NCBI GenBank assembly: GCA_003693705.1
Contig: RBZT01000623.1
Span: forward strand, 124,001-188,000
DNA: 64,000 nt
DNA from: Polymyxa betae A26-41
Taxonomy: Eukaryota; Protista; Endomyxa: Phytomyxea
Direction of reading: 5' to 3'
Both the position numbers and the translations under genes were made by a program. The notes under the pieces were generated by a model. It saw nothing but the letters and a program-made list of their open reading frames with translations, ran no database searches and was not told the origin of the DNA. Shown piece after piece: positions 10,945 through 23,234 of the stretch. The first letter of the stretch is position 1, and each line of letters opens with the position of its first letter.

Positions 10945-12123
10945 CTAAATCATATTATATGTTTTTATTCGAACAGATCTCAATGGCTCGTTCTCATCGG
11001 TCTTTCTCTTAGTCCTCAGTTTCTGACTTTTAAATAGAGCCAATTGCCATCCATTCGGTCCCCGTACACATGTCAATAATCGGCCTAAATTCAGAGGCCA
11101 GGCCCAATAATGTCCACCGTCGATCGTTTGCAATTCCAGGCCGGTCGTCACATCCCAGATTTGAAGCCAGCCGCGTTTCTCGCGGGTCGTCACGACCCAG
11201 GACCCATCCGGCGAGAACGTCGCGAACTGATTATCGAAAGGTTTCAGCTGGTGCGGGTTGGTAGCCACGTTCTGGCTCGGTGTCGATCTTGTTCTCAACA
11301 GATGTACGAGACGTCTCTGGCGCAGATTCACGACCGAGATCGCCGATCTGGTCGGAATCAGAACCAGGCGTCCGCTCGGCGAGAACTCCACGAAGCCTTC
11401 GCGACACGGCAGCCGATGCGCGCCATCCAGATCGATCACGGCTTCCAACGTTTGCGTCCGGACGTCGTACAGGTTCAGGCGGACGTTGTCGCTGCCGGCC
11501 ACGCCCGATACGAGCACGCGCCGCCCATCGTGCGAGAACCCGGCGCCGCGGGGCCGGAAATTATCGCCGGCCTGTAGCGCCGCGTACTGGCCCGTGGCCA
11601 GACTGCCGACGTTAACGATCGAGTTGCGGAACGGGAACGCCAGCCACTGTCCGCAGGGCGACAGGGCGATGGGCCAACACAGGCCGCGGAGCTCGCGCAG
11701 CAGGAATCGCTGGACGATGTCGCCGGATTCGGTGTCGTAGACGATGGCCTCGCCTTGGGCGTCGTTGAACATGACGGCCAGGAACCGACCGGTGGCCACG
11801 GCCCGGACATGGAGCGGGTACGACCGGAATGAGTCGCGGGCCATCTCGATCCCGGACCCGGCATGAAACCAGGCCTTCTGTTTCCGGTACACGACGCAGA
11901 CGCGTTCGGCATCGTTGCTGGTGACGATCCCGAATCCGAACGGCGACATGTCCGGCTCGCCGATCGTCCGGTCCAGGATCAGCGAACGAGCACGGCGTTG
12001 GGCCCGGGCACGAAATCGCACGACCGTGGCATTGAAGAGGCGCGAGACCGGGGCCAGCACGGCGCGGTCTTCGCATCCGAGACAGGACAGGATATGATGG
12101 ACGGTGAGCTCATCAAGGACCAT
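10945..12123 (-). CDS. Intronless GC-rich protein with an F-box-like N-terminus and a WD40-like beta-propeller
   Basis: LDELTVHHILSCL...LAPVSRLFN (F-box-like). Repeats LSPCGQWLA, FSHDGRRV, FSPSGRLV and FSPDGSWVVT...LQIWDVTTG. Confidence 0.7.
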   Translation of the reverse strand: MVLDELTVHHILSCLGCEDRAVLAPVSRLFNATVVRFRARAQRRARSLILDRTIGEPDMSPFGFGIVTSNDAERVCVVYRKQKAWFHAGSGIEMARDSFRSYPLHVRAVATGRFLAVMFNDAQGEAIVYDTESGDIVQRFLLRELRGLCWPIALSPCGQWLAFPFRNSIVNVGSLATGQYAALQAGDNFRPRGAGFSHDGRRVLVSGVAGSDNVRLNLYDVRTQTLEAVIDLDGAHRLPCREGFVEFSPSGRLVLIPTRSAISVVNLRQRRLVHLLRTRSTPSQNVATNPHQLKPFDNQFATFSPDGSWVVTTREKRGWLQIWDVTTGLELQTIDGGHYWAWPLNLGRLLTCVRGPNGWQLALFKSQKLRTKRKTDENEPLRSVRIKTYNMI

Positions 12124-12270
12124 CGGAACCGCGATCGTTGAGATGCGGGATTTAGAAGCGACCAGACATTTTTTTTGACGACGATAACGGCTGTGACAAC
12201 CGGCTTCAGGAGAACCGAAGGTCGTCAAACGTACCCCATGAAGGGGGCCCAACTTTATACAATACGATGT

Positions 12271-12918
12271 TTACTCGGATCTATTGGTCCTCTCGAACTC
12301 ATCGAGATCTTGTAGCATAGTTTGAATGGTGTTCTGTGTCTGCATATATAGAGCAACCTGATCCTGATCTGTCTTCTGTATCGGGAACCAGTTCGGTAAC
12401 CAAGCTGGGATCATTGCAACATATGACTCTGAAGATGGCTGACGAATCCAATCTAAAGCCCAATCTTTAGCTAGACGAGCAGAACCGCATACACCCGCCA
12501 TGAACATCGCGCTGCAATTCGATTAAGAACTGAATATGAAATAAACGACAACTGACCATTGGGCTGTGATGATCGGAGACCCCCGAAGACCTCCCAGCAA
12601 GGCGCCCGTTACAGCTCCAGCAAATGAGCTCTTGGTGACTTCAAATCCCGCCTGTGCTTGATCCAGACGATCACGAAATAGAAGATATAGACCAGTACCA
12701 AGGCCCATATTCATACCAATCCCTGAATATATTATTAGTATCATCAAACCTGGCTTGTTTATCTTACATGTCGATCGACGAAGGAACGGCGCCCCTGTGA
12801 GAGATAGATAGGCGGCCGAGATGGACGACGCTGCTGCTGCCGCCAAGCTGGCTCGCGGCCAGATAGGACGACGGTCTCCTGGTGATGCCTCATTATCCAT
12901 TTCGCACAATAACACCAT
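12271..12918 (-). CDS. Small Gly-rich membrane protein, possibly Tim17/Tim22 family
   Basis: GxxxG-rich helices (GMNMGLGTGLY, SFAGAVTGALLGGLRG) spliced to ORF 12271-12507. Confidence 0.45.
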
Positions 12919-12976
12919 AACAGTTGATAGAAACCCTAAACCCTAGCCCAAGCGAGCTATAATTCAATGGAAAGGT

Positions 12977-13855
12977 TTAGAGATTGGAAGTTTGTTGGGT
13001 GAATCGGGACAGGAATTGACGATATCTTTGCGCGGCTGATGAATATGTAGGAATTAGATGACCTTTCTCGTGGCGATAAATATCAGGATCTTCGAATAAT
13101 GCAGCAAGATCGAGGCTTAGCTGAGGACGGACCGTATCGTCGACATCACCGATTATATGCAAAGTTGGGATCTTGATCAGCGGCGGGAACATCTGCTTGA
13201 TTTCCGGATCTCGGGGAACGAATCCTCCAGATAGAATAGCGAATTTGAAGAGCGGTGGCGAATCTGTCTCGATGTTCTGCTGATGCTGTAATGCACATAG
13301 AACAGATAACATAGCAGCTCCTTGTGAGAATCCCAGAATGCCATCATATGGACCATTCTGTCGAATGAAATCATGGATATGACGAACACTGTCCTAATAG
13401 TTGCAGATTAGACAAATTATAACATCTTCCAAGATTTCGAGCTTTTTAGTTCCAAAATATAAATACGAAAAATTACTGAAAAGTTGAGGAAAAACGATAT
13501 GAAATCGATACCCTCCAGCCACGATTCTCGTTAGAATCTTTGAAGAAATACCACCATGTGAGCTGTTTCGGCACTTCTGATAGAGCTGTGAAGAGACTTC
13601 TATCAGTAAACTTATATTTGGAACGAAAGGACTATTGCAAACCTGTCCCATCAGGAGCTGATAGTGGCAGAATCTGAAACCTGCTTTCTACATAGTCGAG
13701 ATCGGCGACCTTCTGCAAGACCCGCCTGAGATCTCATCAGCTGCCAAACAAACTAACAAACAAGCCTGCGACGACCTGAGCGCCCCGGTCTTGCCTCTAA
13801 ACTTGATGGCGTTCTGCCCGAACCCATGCAGACAAAGAATTCTTAGCTTCGCCAT
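12977..13855 (-). CDS. FSH1/OVCA2-family serine hydrolase
   Basis: MAKLRILCLHGFGQNA, GILGFSQGA nucleophile elbow, IPTLHIIGDVD and HEKGHLIP. Confidence 0.9.
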
Positions 13856-14085
13856 TCCAAATGCCAATATGACAATGAGGTCACGAGTCCAATCGACTCC
13901 TCAACCCAAATTAATGTTTCAATGTCACAAAAAAAATTTATTTCGGTTTGTAAGGATGGCTCTACATTTCAAGCTGCTGCTTCTGGCTTGCAGCAAATAA
14001 GCATACGAGTGAATGTGAAACGAAATTGAGAAAGATCCTTGACAGTATTAAATTAATGATTACATTAAGAATGGAGGAATCAAGA

Positions 14086-14988
14086 TTATGGGCCTATCTC
14101 CGATAGGAAAGAGTTGTACGCGCTCTCAGCCGATTCCATGGCTTTCGGTGCAGACGGCGCCGGCCTCGAACTAGAAGCCGGTTTCGGGCGCCTTGCTGGA
14201 GGGGCAGTAGCTGGCCGTCGACGATTCAGCAGCATATTAGTCGGGACAAAGTCGGTACAGATGTCGGCGCTGCGAATGGCGGGAGCCGACATCATCGCCG
14301 CCGATCTATCAGCAGATTGCGGAATGGGTCTTGGAGCAGGTGGTGGTATGAAGGCAGGCGGTTGATGGGCCTCTGGGGGCACCCCACGACCCTTCTGTAT
14401 CCTCTGCTCTACACCAGGATAGGGAAGAGGAGGTCCATGAGGCTGCCATATAAGTGTTGGAGTCGGCTGAGCCCAGGGAGCAGGCGCCGGCATTCGAGGC
14501 GGTGCCAGGTTCGGGGGAGCCGCCAAGATGCCATCGTCGTCGGGCGGCGCTGAGGCTTCTTGAAGCTCTTTGAGCTCTTGCTCGATTTTGCTGTTGTCGT
14601 TAGAAGCAGGCTTGGCGGCGGAGCGTCCGAGGATCTTGGTGAGACCTTTAACGACGACTGACTTCTCTTTCTCCTGCCGTTCGAGCTCTAGCTGTTTCTT
14701 CTCGGAAACGTTCTTGTGGATTTCTAGCAGGCGCTTCTTCTGAGCCAACATCTTGGGATCGGCAATGCCTTGGCGTTCAGCCCATTGTATCCTTCGAATA
14801 TCGGCAAGAATCCTGTCGGGTTCCTTCTGCATTAATAATGCAGACCGAGCTTTAATCTTGTCTTCGGTGTGCTTCTTTTGAATTTTCTTCTTCTCCTTTT
14901 TCCTACGAAAGCGGTCAACTTAGAAACGGATAGAGATCAGAGCAGTTTACCTCCATTGCTCGACAGGATTGGCGGCTCCTTTACCCAT
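14086..14988 (-). CDS. WBP11: WW domain-binding protein 11 (splicing factor)
   Basis: Exon 1 MGKGAANPVEQWR; basic coiled coil; Pro-rich middle; FVPT motif; C-terminal AYNSFLSEI. Confidence 0.75.
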
Positions 14989-15247
14989 GACGACTGATCA
15001 GCAATTGGGTCGTCCTTGATAAAGCCGGGTCTAATAACCCAAGACGGCTCCTGATTTACAGCTATACAGAGAAGTCCTGCCGAATCACCATACAAACGAT
15101 AAATTCACCGATTCGGGACGGACATTTTTTCAACCACGCAGTAAAAAAACAACAAACTTAATGGCAGTTTTACTTTTTGTGCGCCTCCTCGAAAATGTGA
15201 AACACGTTTTAGCAACGTAATAACCTGTTACGGTGGCATCGCGTTCA

Positions 15248-16134
15248 ATGAGAGCACCCATCAGATCGATCGCATCAGGTCGTAGGGCACCACGTCCGAC
15301 AATCAGCAAATCGCATGCAGATCGACCATCCACCCGCCATGGGCCAGCATTACCGGCAGGAACAGCAGCAGCAGCATCGACTAGCCCACAGCTACAAGGG
15401 GAACCTGAATCCACACGTTATTGGCTTTTCAAATCCGAGCCTGGATCCAGAATTGTCAAGGGCCATGTAAGTTGAACATATTGTCAAAGACGGGTTTATG
15501 CTGGTCTCATGTGTGTCCGTCGTCCACCAATATCATAATCTGACTGCGATCAGGACGTGAAATTTTCCATCGACGATCTTGAAGCGATGCCGAACCAGAC
15601 GACGAGTTGGGAGGGCGTTCGAAACTATCAGGTTTGTCTTGTTTGTGGGAGACCAGTACGACCTCTGGTCCTGAATGTACATCTGGATATCAGGCTCGAA
15701 ACCTGATGCGTGATGACATGAAGTTTGGTGATCTTGGTCTATTCTATCATAGTTCATGTTCAGATCCAGCTATTGTTGCTATTGTGAAGGTATTCATTAT
15801 CTTACTATACAGCTTTCAATCATGTCTTCTTTTCATCTGGATTCATATATTGAATTTGTAGGTTGTTCGTGAATCACATCCAGATCCAACATCCTGGAAT
15901 AAATCCAGTCCATATTATGATCCAAAATCTACACCGGAATCACCACGATGGTTCATGGTCGATATTCAGCTCGTTGAACGCCTGCAGCATCCCATATATC
16001 TACGTCAGCTTAAACAATATCGTGATCAGTTCCAAGATCTCCCTTTATTATCTAAAGGATCGCGCCTATCAGTTCAAAGGGTGCCACCTAAACATTGGAA
16101 TTCCATACTTACATTAAATAATCAGCCAGAGTAA
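15248..16134 (+). CDS. EVE-domain (THYN1-like) protein
   Basis: YWLFKSEP, FSIDDL, WEGVRNYQARN, FYHSSC, YYDPKS..PRWFMVD and RLSVQRV across exons. Confidence 0.9.
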
Positions 16135-16199
16135 TTTCTTGTTCTCTAGAAAATCTGCACATGCTCCATAGATGTCGGTATTGCCTATATGGTCAAGGC

Positions 16200-16923
16200 C
16201 ACCGTGTCTGGGGACGGTAACCATGGGCACGTTTGCCCAAAGCAGCAAAACGTTCAAAACAGTGCACTTGAAGCAGAGTGTCTTGCGTTCTTGGTCTTAT
16301 CACTGCATCATCACATTCGCTTCACTCAGAGGCCAGAGCGCCATCTGTTTTAGTTCGATTCATTGATCTTGATCCCGGAAGGTCATGGACGATTTTTGCC
16401 CCCAAATGCAATTTTTTGGTCCTTTCAGCTTATACCATTTGCCTAAGCACAGGCTTCAGAAAACGAACGTTTGCATTTCGTTTGTGATGGAACAGTTTCA
16501 ACAGCGAAAAATGGAGCTCTGACATTCGTCTGCAACTAATTGGACCAAGCTCTCCGTTCCGCTAATCAAACAGGCGGTGTTCGGGCAATTACTGGAAAGT
16601 GCCGACTGGAACCTAATATGGGGAGCTCAGCTGGTTGATCCGTGGGTGCGATCATAGATGATGATAGGCCACTATCACACTTTGGCGCTGTCGGCGGAAA
16701 ACAAAGCAGTTTCTTCGAACTGATGTTAGAGGTTTCTGCAATCAAATTATCAGTCGGATGTTGACAGGGCACAATGACCCGGACTGGCGAAATCATTTCC
16801 GGTCAGATATATCACCAACTTCGACGCGTTTCATCATAGAAGGCAGGCTCTGGATCGCCAAAGTACCATCGCGAGAGCAAGAGGAACAGCTCCAAATCCC
16901 TTTTGGCAATTAAATGATGCCAT
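16200..16923 (-). CDS. Possible small spliced hypothetical gene
   Basis: An ATG at about 16923 and frame-consistent GT-AG introns join ORF 16566-16796. The 3' end is unresolved and no motif was recognised. Confidence 0.3.
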
Positions 16924-17132
16924 TTGCGATATAGGTCGCGTATATCATCCACCTCAGTGAATAGTGATGTGAGGTTCCAATTTCAGTTAGTAGTTGAGAG
17001 CAGAATCTATTAGAATTTATTGGATGATGCGAGACGATGCCGACTTAATCAGGAAACGGCTCGACTTAGGCAATTTGTTACGAGTTACAGGCCCGTTAAA
17101 TGAAATTCAATCCTCACAACAAAACGATTAAT

Positions 17133-17777
17133 CTACTTGTTTTGATGGATTATTCTTGGATGGAATTGGTTCGTCTCTCTACGAATGTTTTCTTGGTCCA
17201 GGTTCAATGCATGCAACAACGATAATGGTGACAGGGCTGCTGGCGATTCTGCCCTCTTTTGAACTTTGACGAATGCGGAAGGTTCGGCTGGCACCGTATC
17301 GACGAAAGACGGTGGAGATTTCGGCAAGTCTTCAGCGATGGCCTTCAGACGGGCATTCTCTTGTTCGAGCTCCTTGATCCTTTCTTCTAGCTCCTGAATG
17401 TGACGTTTCTGAGCGGAACCGGATTCGTTGGTTTTGCGAACAATCAAGGGAAGCATATCTGGACGATCTCGGATGAAATACGGATGACGAAACTCACATT
17501 GAGTCCTTGATAATGATGTCTTGGAGAATCCATAGAAATGCAATTGACGAATGAAACTGCTAAAGTTGGAATGATTGAAGTACAGAGGCAGCAATTCCGT
17601 CTGTAATCGATTCAGATCGTAGACGACGAAACTCAGCCCATCAGATTTCCAGCCGATGACTTCTTTCTGGCCCGATTCCACAAGTTTGTAGATTTTCTGG
17701 ACGAACATGGGCGTCTCCATGACCAGTTGAACATTTTCTAGAATCTCCTTTGGCAGCGGTGGAAGCATTGGGATCAT
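17133..17777 (-). CDS. HSF-type DNA-binding transcription factor with coiled coil
   Basis: PMFVQKIYKLV..IGW..DGLSFVV..LPLYFNHSNFSSFIRQLHFYGFSK..EFRHPYF. Confidence 0.93.
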   Translation of the reverse strand: MIPMLPPLPKEILENVQLVMETPMFVQKIYKLVESGQKEVIGWKSDGLSFVVYDLNRLQTELLPLYFNHSNFSSFIRQLHFYGFSKTSLSRTQCEFRHPYFIRDRPDMLPLIVRKTNESGSAQKRHIQELEERIKELEQENARLKAIAEDLPKSPPSFVDTVPAEPSAFVKVQKRAESPAALSPLSLLHALNLDQENIRRETNQFHPRIIHQNK

Positions 17778-17944
17778 GCAATGTTAAAATGACTCATTGC
17801 AGAATTCCGGGCTTGTCTATTGAAATTTCCACAGCAAAAGACTCATCCCGGAAGACTCATCCACGACAGTACAGCTGCGACCGCCGAAATCCCGGATTGT
17901 TTAGCTACAGAGCCATACAACTAGCAATCCATGCTGAACCAGAT

Positions 17945-18589
17945 TTATCTCCATCGGAAAAAATAAATTAGCAATCCGACGATGAGGGTTGTAACAATCA
18001 TGCCGAAATAGATAATCATCCGATCCTCTGTGTTCCTTCGTCGAATTAGTCTCATGACAGTATTACTCAGACCTAGTTGGCCTAATACGCTCAGCATCAC
18101 CGTCCGGGTACCTTTTAACGTATCTCGTTGGCGTCTCATCTCCTTCAGAGTTTCCGTTGCTTGGCCAATGGCGATCTCGACCTGCTCGTCGGCTCTTTCT
18201 AAGACTTTTCTCTCCTCCAGGAATTTATGCTCAACGCTGGTGGCAATTCTACTTGAAAGTCCATTCTCTGGTCTGGAAAAGAGCTGCTCTCGAACAGAGA
18301 CCTCATGATGATGTGATATCAGCCTTACGAACTCCGATCGATGCAGATTCGCCTTTTGCTGTAAACTATCGACTTTAGCTCGCCACTGGAACTGCCTATT
18401 TGGCGGCTCTCTCTGGATCAATGACGACAGCTGCCCGACCGAGCGATTCAAACTATTCAGTGCTTCGGAAATCATTTGCTTCGACTGGTCCATCGTCACC
18501 AGCGAGGCATCCTTCAGGTCGGCCAGCAGGCCGGCCAGGTGGTGCTCCTGGCGGTTAGCAGCGGCAAAGGCAGCGGTGATAGTGGTCAT
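17945..18589 (-). CDS. Golgi Qb-SNARE, membrin/Bos1 (GOSR2-like)
   Basis: Helical N-terminal domain, SNARE motif with LGLSNTVMRLIRRR, and a C-terminal TM helix. Confidence 0.85.
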   Translation of the reverse strand: MTTITAAFAAANRQEHHLAGLLADLKDASLVTMDQSKQMISEALNSLNRSVGQLSSLIQREPPNRQFQWRAKVDSLQQKANLHRSEFVRLISHHHEVSVREQLFSRPENGLSSRIATSVEHKFLEERKVLERADEQVEIAIGQATETLKEMRRQRDTLKGTRTVMLSVLGQLGLSNTVMRLIRRRNTEDRMIIYFGMIVTTLIVGLLIYFFRWR

Positions 18590-18891
18590 GGCGGTCGGAC
18601 GTCGAGATCAGGCATGCATGGCGTTAAAACGAATAAGATAATGATAAATGACCTCTATAGAGTCCTGATAGAGAGAGACTATTGACAGATGCTGCGCCCC
18701 CTATATTGGGGTCATGTGCTCATGGGGTCGGTTCGGGCTCCTTTTCTTACAAATTCTGCCATCGTCTAAACAGCTCACGTATAACAAACCTAGCCCAGAC
18801 AACTGCCCACAATCTCACCAGCAGCCAAACCCTAACCAAATTAGACCAACGACTGTGTCCATGTCGAATACTGTTAATGGGTTGACTGTTT

Positions 18892-21800
18892 TTAGTCCAC
18901 TTCTATAAAGTATCTTTGAATGGCTTTCAGCAGGCGCTCGCGATACTCGACCGGGCTGATAACGGTTGGTGACTGCAATCCGAACAAACTCGCCTGGGCC
19001 GTCTTCAGGCGGCTTTCGAGCTTCCGCTCCAACGTATACTGGCTGATGTAGTCGATGACACCGATCGCCAGACGCTGGTTTTCTTGGTCGACTCCAACCA
19101 GGATAGAGTAGTCGATGGAGCCAGGGTTCTGTTGCTGAACGAGGAAATCCGTATCTTGTTCTAATTGCTGAATGAAAGGCCCCAACTGCTGCCGACGTAG
19201 GGCAAATGGCATCCCATTTGTGAAGGTGAACAGGCGATTTTCCTGGCAGCCTGCAGTTCTGAAGCCACTTGACATTCTGGCGCCCTTCAAGTCGAATTCT
19301 GCAGAGACGTCCATTCCGTAAAGAATATTTGGAATAACAATGCAAATGTCAACTTCGTGTCGCATTCGACAGAACAGCAGATTGGAGATAGAGGCCGGCG
19401 TTGTCTTGGAATATTCGAGGCGATAAATACCCAAGATTGGGACTAAGCATGTTTCACCCTTCTGTTGATGCATGTAGGTCAAATATGGGATCGCGTTTGC
19501 CATGAAGATTTTATATTGCCGTTCAGTAAGAGATTTAAGAATCAGGCGCTTATCGTTTGACATGAAGAACCGAGCTCGAGACTTCCCACCATGTTCGTTC
19601 CAGGCAGTGCTTGAGGTCAGCGATGCGATGTATTGCTTATCACTGAGTTTGTACAACTGTTGACGAAGCTGACGAAATTGTCGAGCAAATGCAGCTTTGA
19701 AATTGATTTTAGTGTCGATAGATGCTACGAAAACGTCATTCTGAAAGTGGGAATCGCCATCGTCTCGGCTAGTAGCGCTCTGTCTCGAGCCTTCTTCGAT
19801 GCTTGATTCGGATGCACTTGATTCTGCAGTACAGAATGCAATGTGGGCTTTCGAGGCCAGCATATGAGCGATATGAGACGATAAATCGTCTGGGATAATC
19901 GGTACGATAACATCGTAATGAGATGGTTCGGAATCCATACACGCATTGATAATGGAGACCAGCGATTTCACGAAGAAATCGTGGCAGTGAGAAGCTCGGG
20001 TGGCTTTAACGATTTTTGGCTCTCCGATACTGTCAACAGACCGAGAACGTACTGCAGCAATACTTCGCCTTCGTTTGGTGGATCGCGATCGATACGGAAT
20101 CGTTCGAAACCCGATGGGTTTACTTAGCGCTGATTTTGCAGCATCTGAACTGGCATTTCCATTGTTGACAAAGAGAGATTCTGAACTAACAGTTACATTG
20201 TTGGCAAATAGAGAACCTGCAGTCCAAAAAAAGATTTTCTTTTGAAGCTCCAAACGTGCAAATTCGGAGATGTAATGCGGAGATAAGGCATGCCGATTTT
20301 CGAATCTGGCGATCTTACGCCGAAACCAGGATGTACGGATTAGAACGGCATCCGCCATTGCTTCTCGAGTTGTGCAATCGACATCGAGATGTGAAATTGT
20401 CTCGGTTAGGAACGACAAAAGGGTGTTGATAGAGTGAGTTAGCGATAATGCTTGTGATTGAATCAGCTGCCGATGTTGACGGGCATCTTCGCCAAGAACG
20501 ACCCAGAAGCAGTGAAGATCGTAGGCAAGACATTGCGATGACGAAATGGAGACCGTGACGTCGTTTTGAGCCATGAACCATGTATGGTCGCTGAATAGGC
20601 GATGCTTACAGAGAGGATTGTAGCTGATGGATTGATTAGCTGAGAGCCATGGTCGGAGGAAATCTTGCATCAGGATCCGTTCAGCACCTTTACTTAACAA
20701 AGATATTGGGCTGGTCCTGCAATCGCACGCTTTACATTTCGTCCAGGTCGCGATACGTTTTGCAGCCCGAGCTAATCGATGTGATCCAGCAACCAGATTT
20801 TGAGGGAGACGTTCGACTTTAAACCTGATCTGTCGTTCGTTACGAACAAATACCTGAATATGATCGAAAGGTTGCCCGATCGACACGCAACTCGGACCGC
20901 ACGCTATATTGAAGGCGTTAAAGCAGTCTTGAAGAAATTGCTGCAATGAGAGATCTTCAGTGAATAACTGAACCGAACAGAACTCGGGGATGCTCTTAGG
21001 TTCTGTGGCGACACTTTTTAAACGAATCCGCAGTGAGAGGCCATGATCTTCATCGCTTCCTTCAACGTATTCGCCACAATAATTGTTCATTAACGATGCG
21101 AATGTGATTTGTAAATGAGCGATTGCCGCCAGATCCTTCAATAACGTCAATGCAAGAATTTAGGAGCAGCACAACTCGATACTACCTGAACGGTGTCGGA
21201 GATCCGTTCCACATTGCACATGGCGTCTCCTCGCAAGACAATGGTGATCGCCTGTTCTTCAGGACAATCCGAGAACATCATGAGCGGGCTCGATTCAGTA
21301 TCCTCACCGCTGCGATCTGAAGTCGTCATGGTCTCGACCTGGAACTTTCCACATCTACCCAGCGGGTCGTCTTCCATCTGCTGCTCGATCATCTCTCGAG
21401 TAATGATGGTGGCGCCTGTCGATCGAGAAAGCTGCTGTAATGTCTGATGATCGACCTGTATCACGACAGCGACATCGTGATGGCGAAATATATCTTGAGC
21501 GAGTCGCGGCACAACCGTTGAGCTAACAACAATATCGGGTTCCAGTTGAAGAATTCGCGATGCGAGTCGGCGAATCATGGAACGTTCCTGTGATCGGACT
21601 CGTCTCAATGATAGCAGAACATCTCCATCTTCATAAAGACCAATCGGGAAATCGATCAGAGCAATTGTGGGAGAGAGGATACGTTTCGTCATACGACGAT
21701 GAACGACTATAACATATTAGGAGTTTGCATTCGGTTTCCAATCCTGATCTTTACCGTTTTTTCTTAGAACTATTCCTCGGACTAGGAACGAATCTGCTGG

Positions 21801-22706
21801 GGAGTTGGCACAGGTGGAAATCAAAGATAAATGAGATCGAAGAGAAGTATCTCTGAGAAGATACGCCGCTTGCCTGGAAAGTGAAGTGACGATATCAACG
21901 AAACGAATGGCAAAATCAGGGCCTTCAATGTCGTGAAGTAGATGACAAGCCCGCTCTCTGATTGCTTTCAATTGTCTTTGCATAAAACGTCCCATGACGT
22001 TAACAGCATCCGTGTGTTGAAACTGAATACGATGCGGCGCCGTATCGATCAATCGTAAAGCCGATTGTGGCAGAAGATGATCGATACGATCAATCACGAC
22101 AAGTTTCGATATGAAATTGAGATTATCAACAGGGCACGGTTTGATCCCATATTGCATTGTTTCTGTCCAAGCAAATCGATTACTATCATACGATAGCAAC
22201 GGACGCAGCTCGCGACGAATATCGGATTCTGATCTAGGGCTTTCTTTGCAGGCGAACGAATCAGAGACCAAATGCCGAACGCTAAATCGGCTGGGGACTT
22301 TCCGTTCATAGCAGCTTTTACAAGTACGAAAGCCGCTGATGGAATCCTGTCCAGTTTGCTCTCGTCCCCGATTAGCATATCGAACGAAGCAGCACGAGCT
22401 GCAGAAGATACTGCCGCAGATTCGGCAATGATGACGTCGACGAAACAACGAAAACTTTCGCTTGCATTTGTGGCAGGACATGGTGGCATCATCCGACTCC
22501 CAATAGCCCGATAGCGAAATCTTTTTGCCAGGATTCGAGGCCAAGACGTCGATGTCTTCGCCAGCGAATCCCGAACTCGATTCGGCCGACGTCTCGACAG
22601 ATGAGCGCGACGATTCCGTCGATGCCATATCTGATGACGACGAGCGACAGGGCGTCCGGTTCGAATCGGTTGACATCTCTGCATCTGTTGTAGTATTCAA
22701 CATCAT
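18892..22706 (-). CDS. FAB1: FAB1/PIKfyve-type PI3P 5-kinase (FYVE, Cpn60/TCP1-like and PIPK domains)
   Basis: FYVE WESD..C..C..RRRHHCRICG; CCT-like exon; kinase motifs GGKSRARF, FDLKG, DYSILVG, IGVIDY and PTVISPVEYRER. Three exons. Confidence 0.92.
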
Positions 22707-23234
22707 AATTTCATGTCATGTGCAGCTGCAGCTGCAGTGGGAAGGCCTCGGGACAACGGGTCGTGCTGGACCCAAATTGCAACGGCCTTAAAAGGTTGCA
22801 GTGACCGTTAACTGCCCCAAGGCTGCATGGATCGTTAACTGCTCTAATGCAGCAGCGCAGTGACCAGTGTTAGCTGCATTCAAGGCTGCCTGCCGATCCC
22901 TACAAAATTCGGTTGCGTTCCGATCGAGCCCCAAGGCCACAAATCCCGATGAAACGGGAATGCTCAAACTTCATGGCAGCGTTAACGACTGCATGTCCAG
23001 GGCAAACTTGTACCGAACGTATCTCATGCTGTCAGCTGAATATGACAATGCAAGTACAGCAATGTTTTAGGCCACGGATCTATTAAAGGCATTTCTCACA
23101 TGTTTAACGTCACAAATCAATGAAATCATAAACAAAGTTAATATTTTCCGGAAAACACTACTGCTTGATACAGTTTATTGGCTGCAATATAGGTGAGTGA
23201 TTCTAATGCCGCCTAGCCAGAATTTCAGCTTAGA

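Noticed and set aside
11070-12141. Many overlapping alternative-frame ORFs
   Set aside because: Shadow ORFs caused by high GC content.
15064-15074. ATACAGAGAAG matches the U6 ACAGAGA box
   Set aside because: It is not followed by ATTAGCATGG (AGC triad/ISL), and there is no other U6 similarity.
21136-21190. Overlapping FAB1 ORFs suggesting a programmed frameshift
   Set aside because: Explained by an ordinary ~50-nt GT-AG intron.
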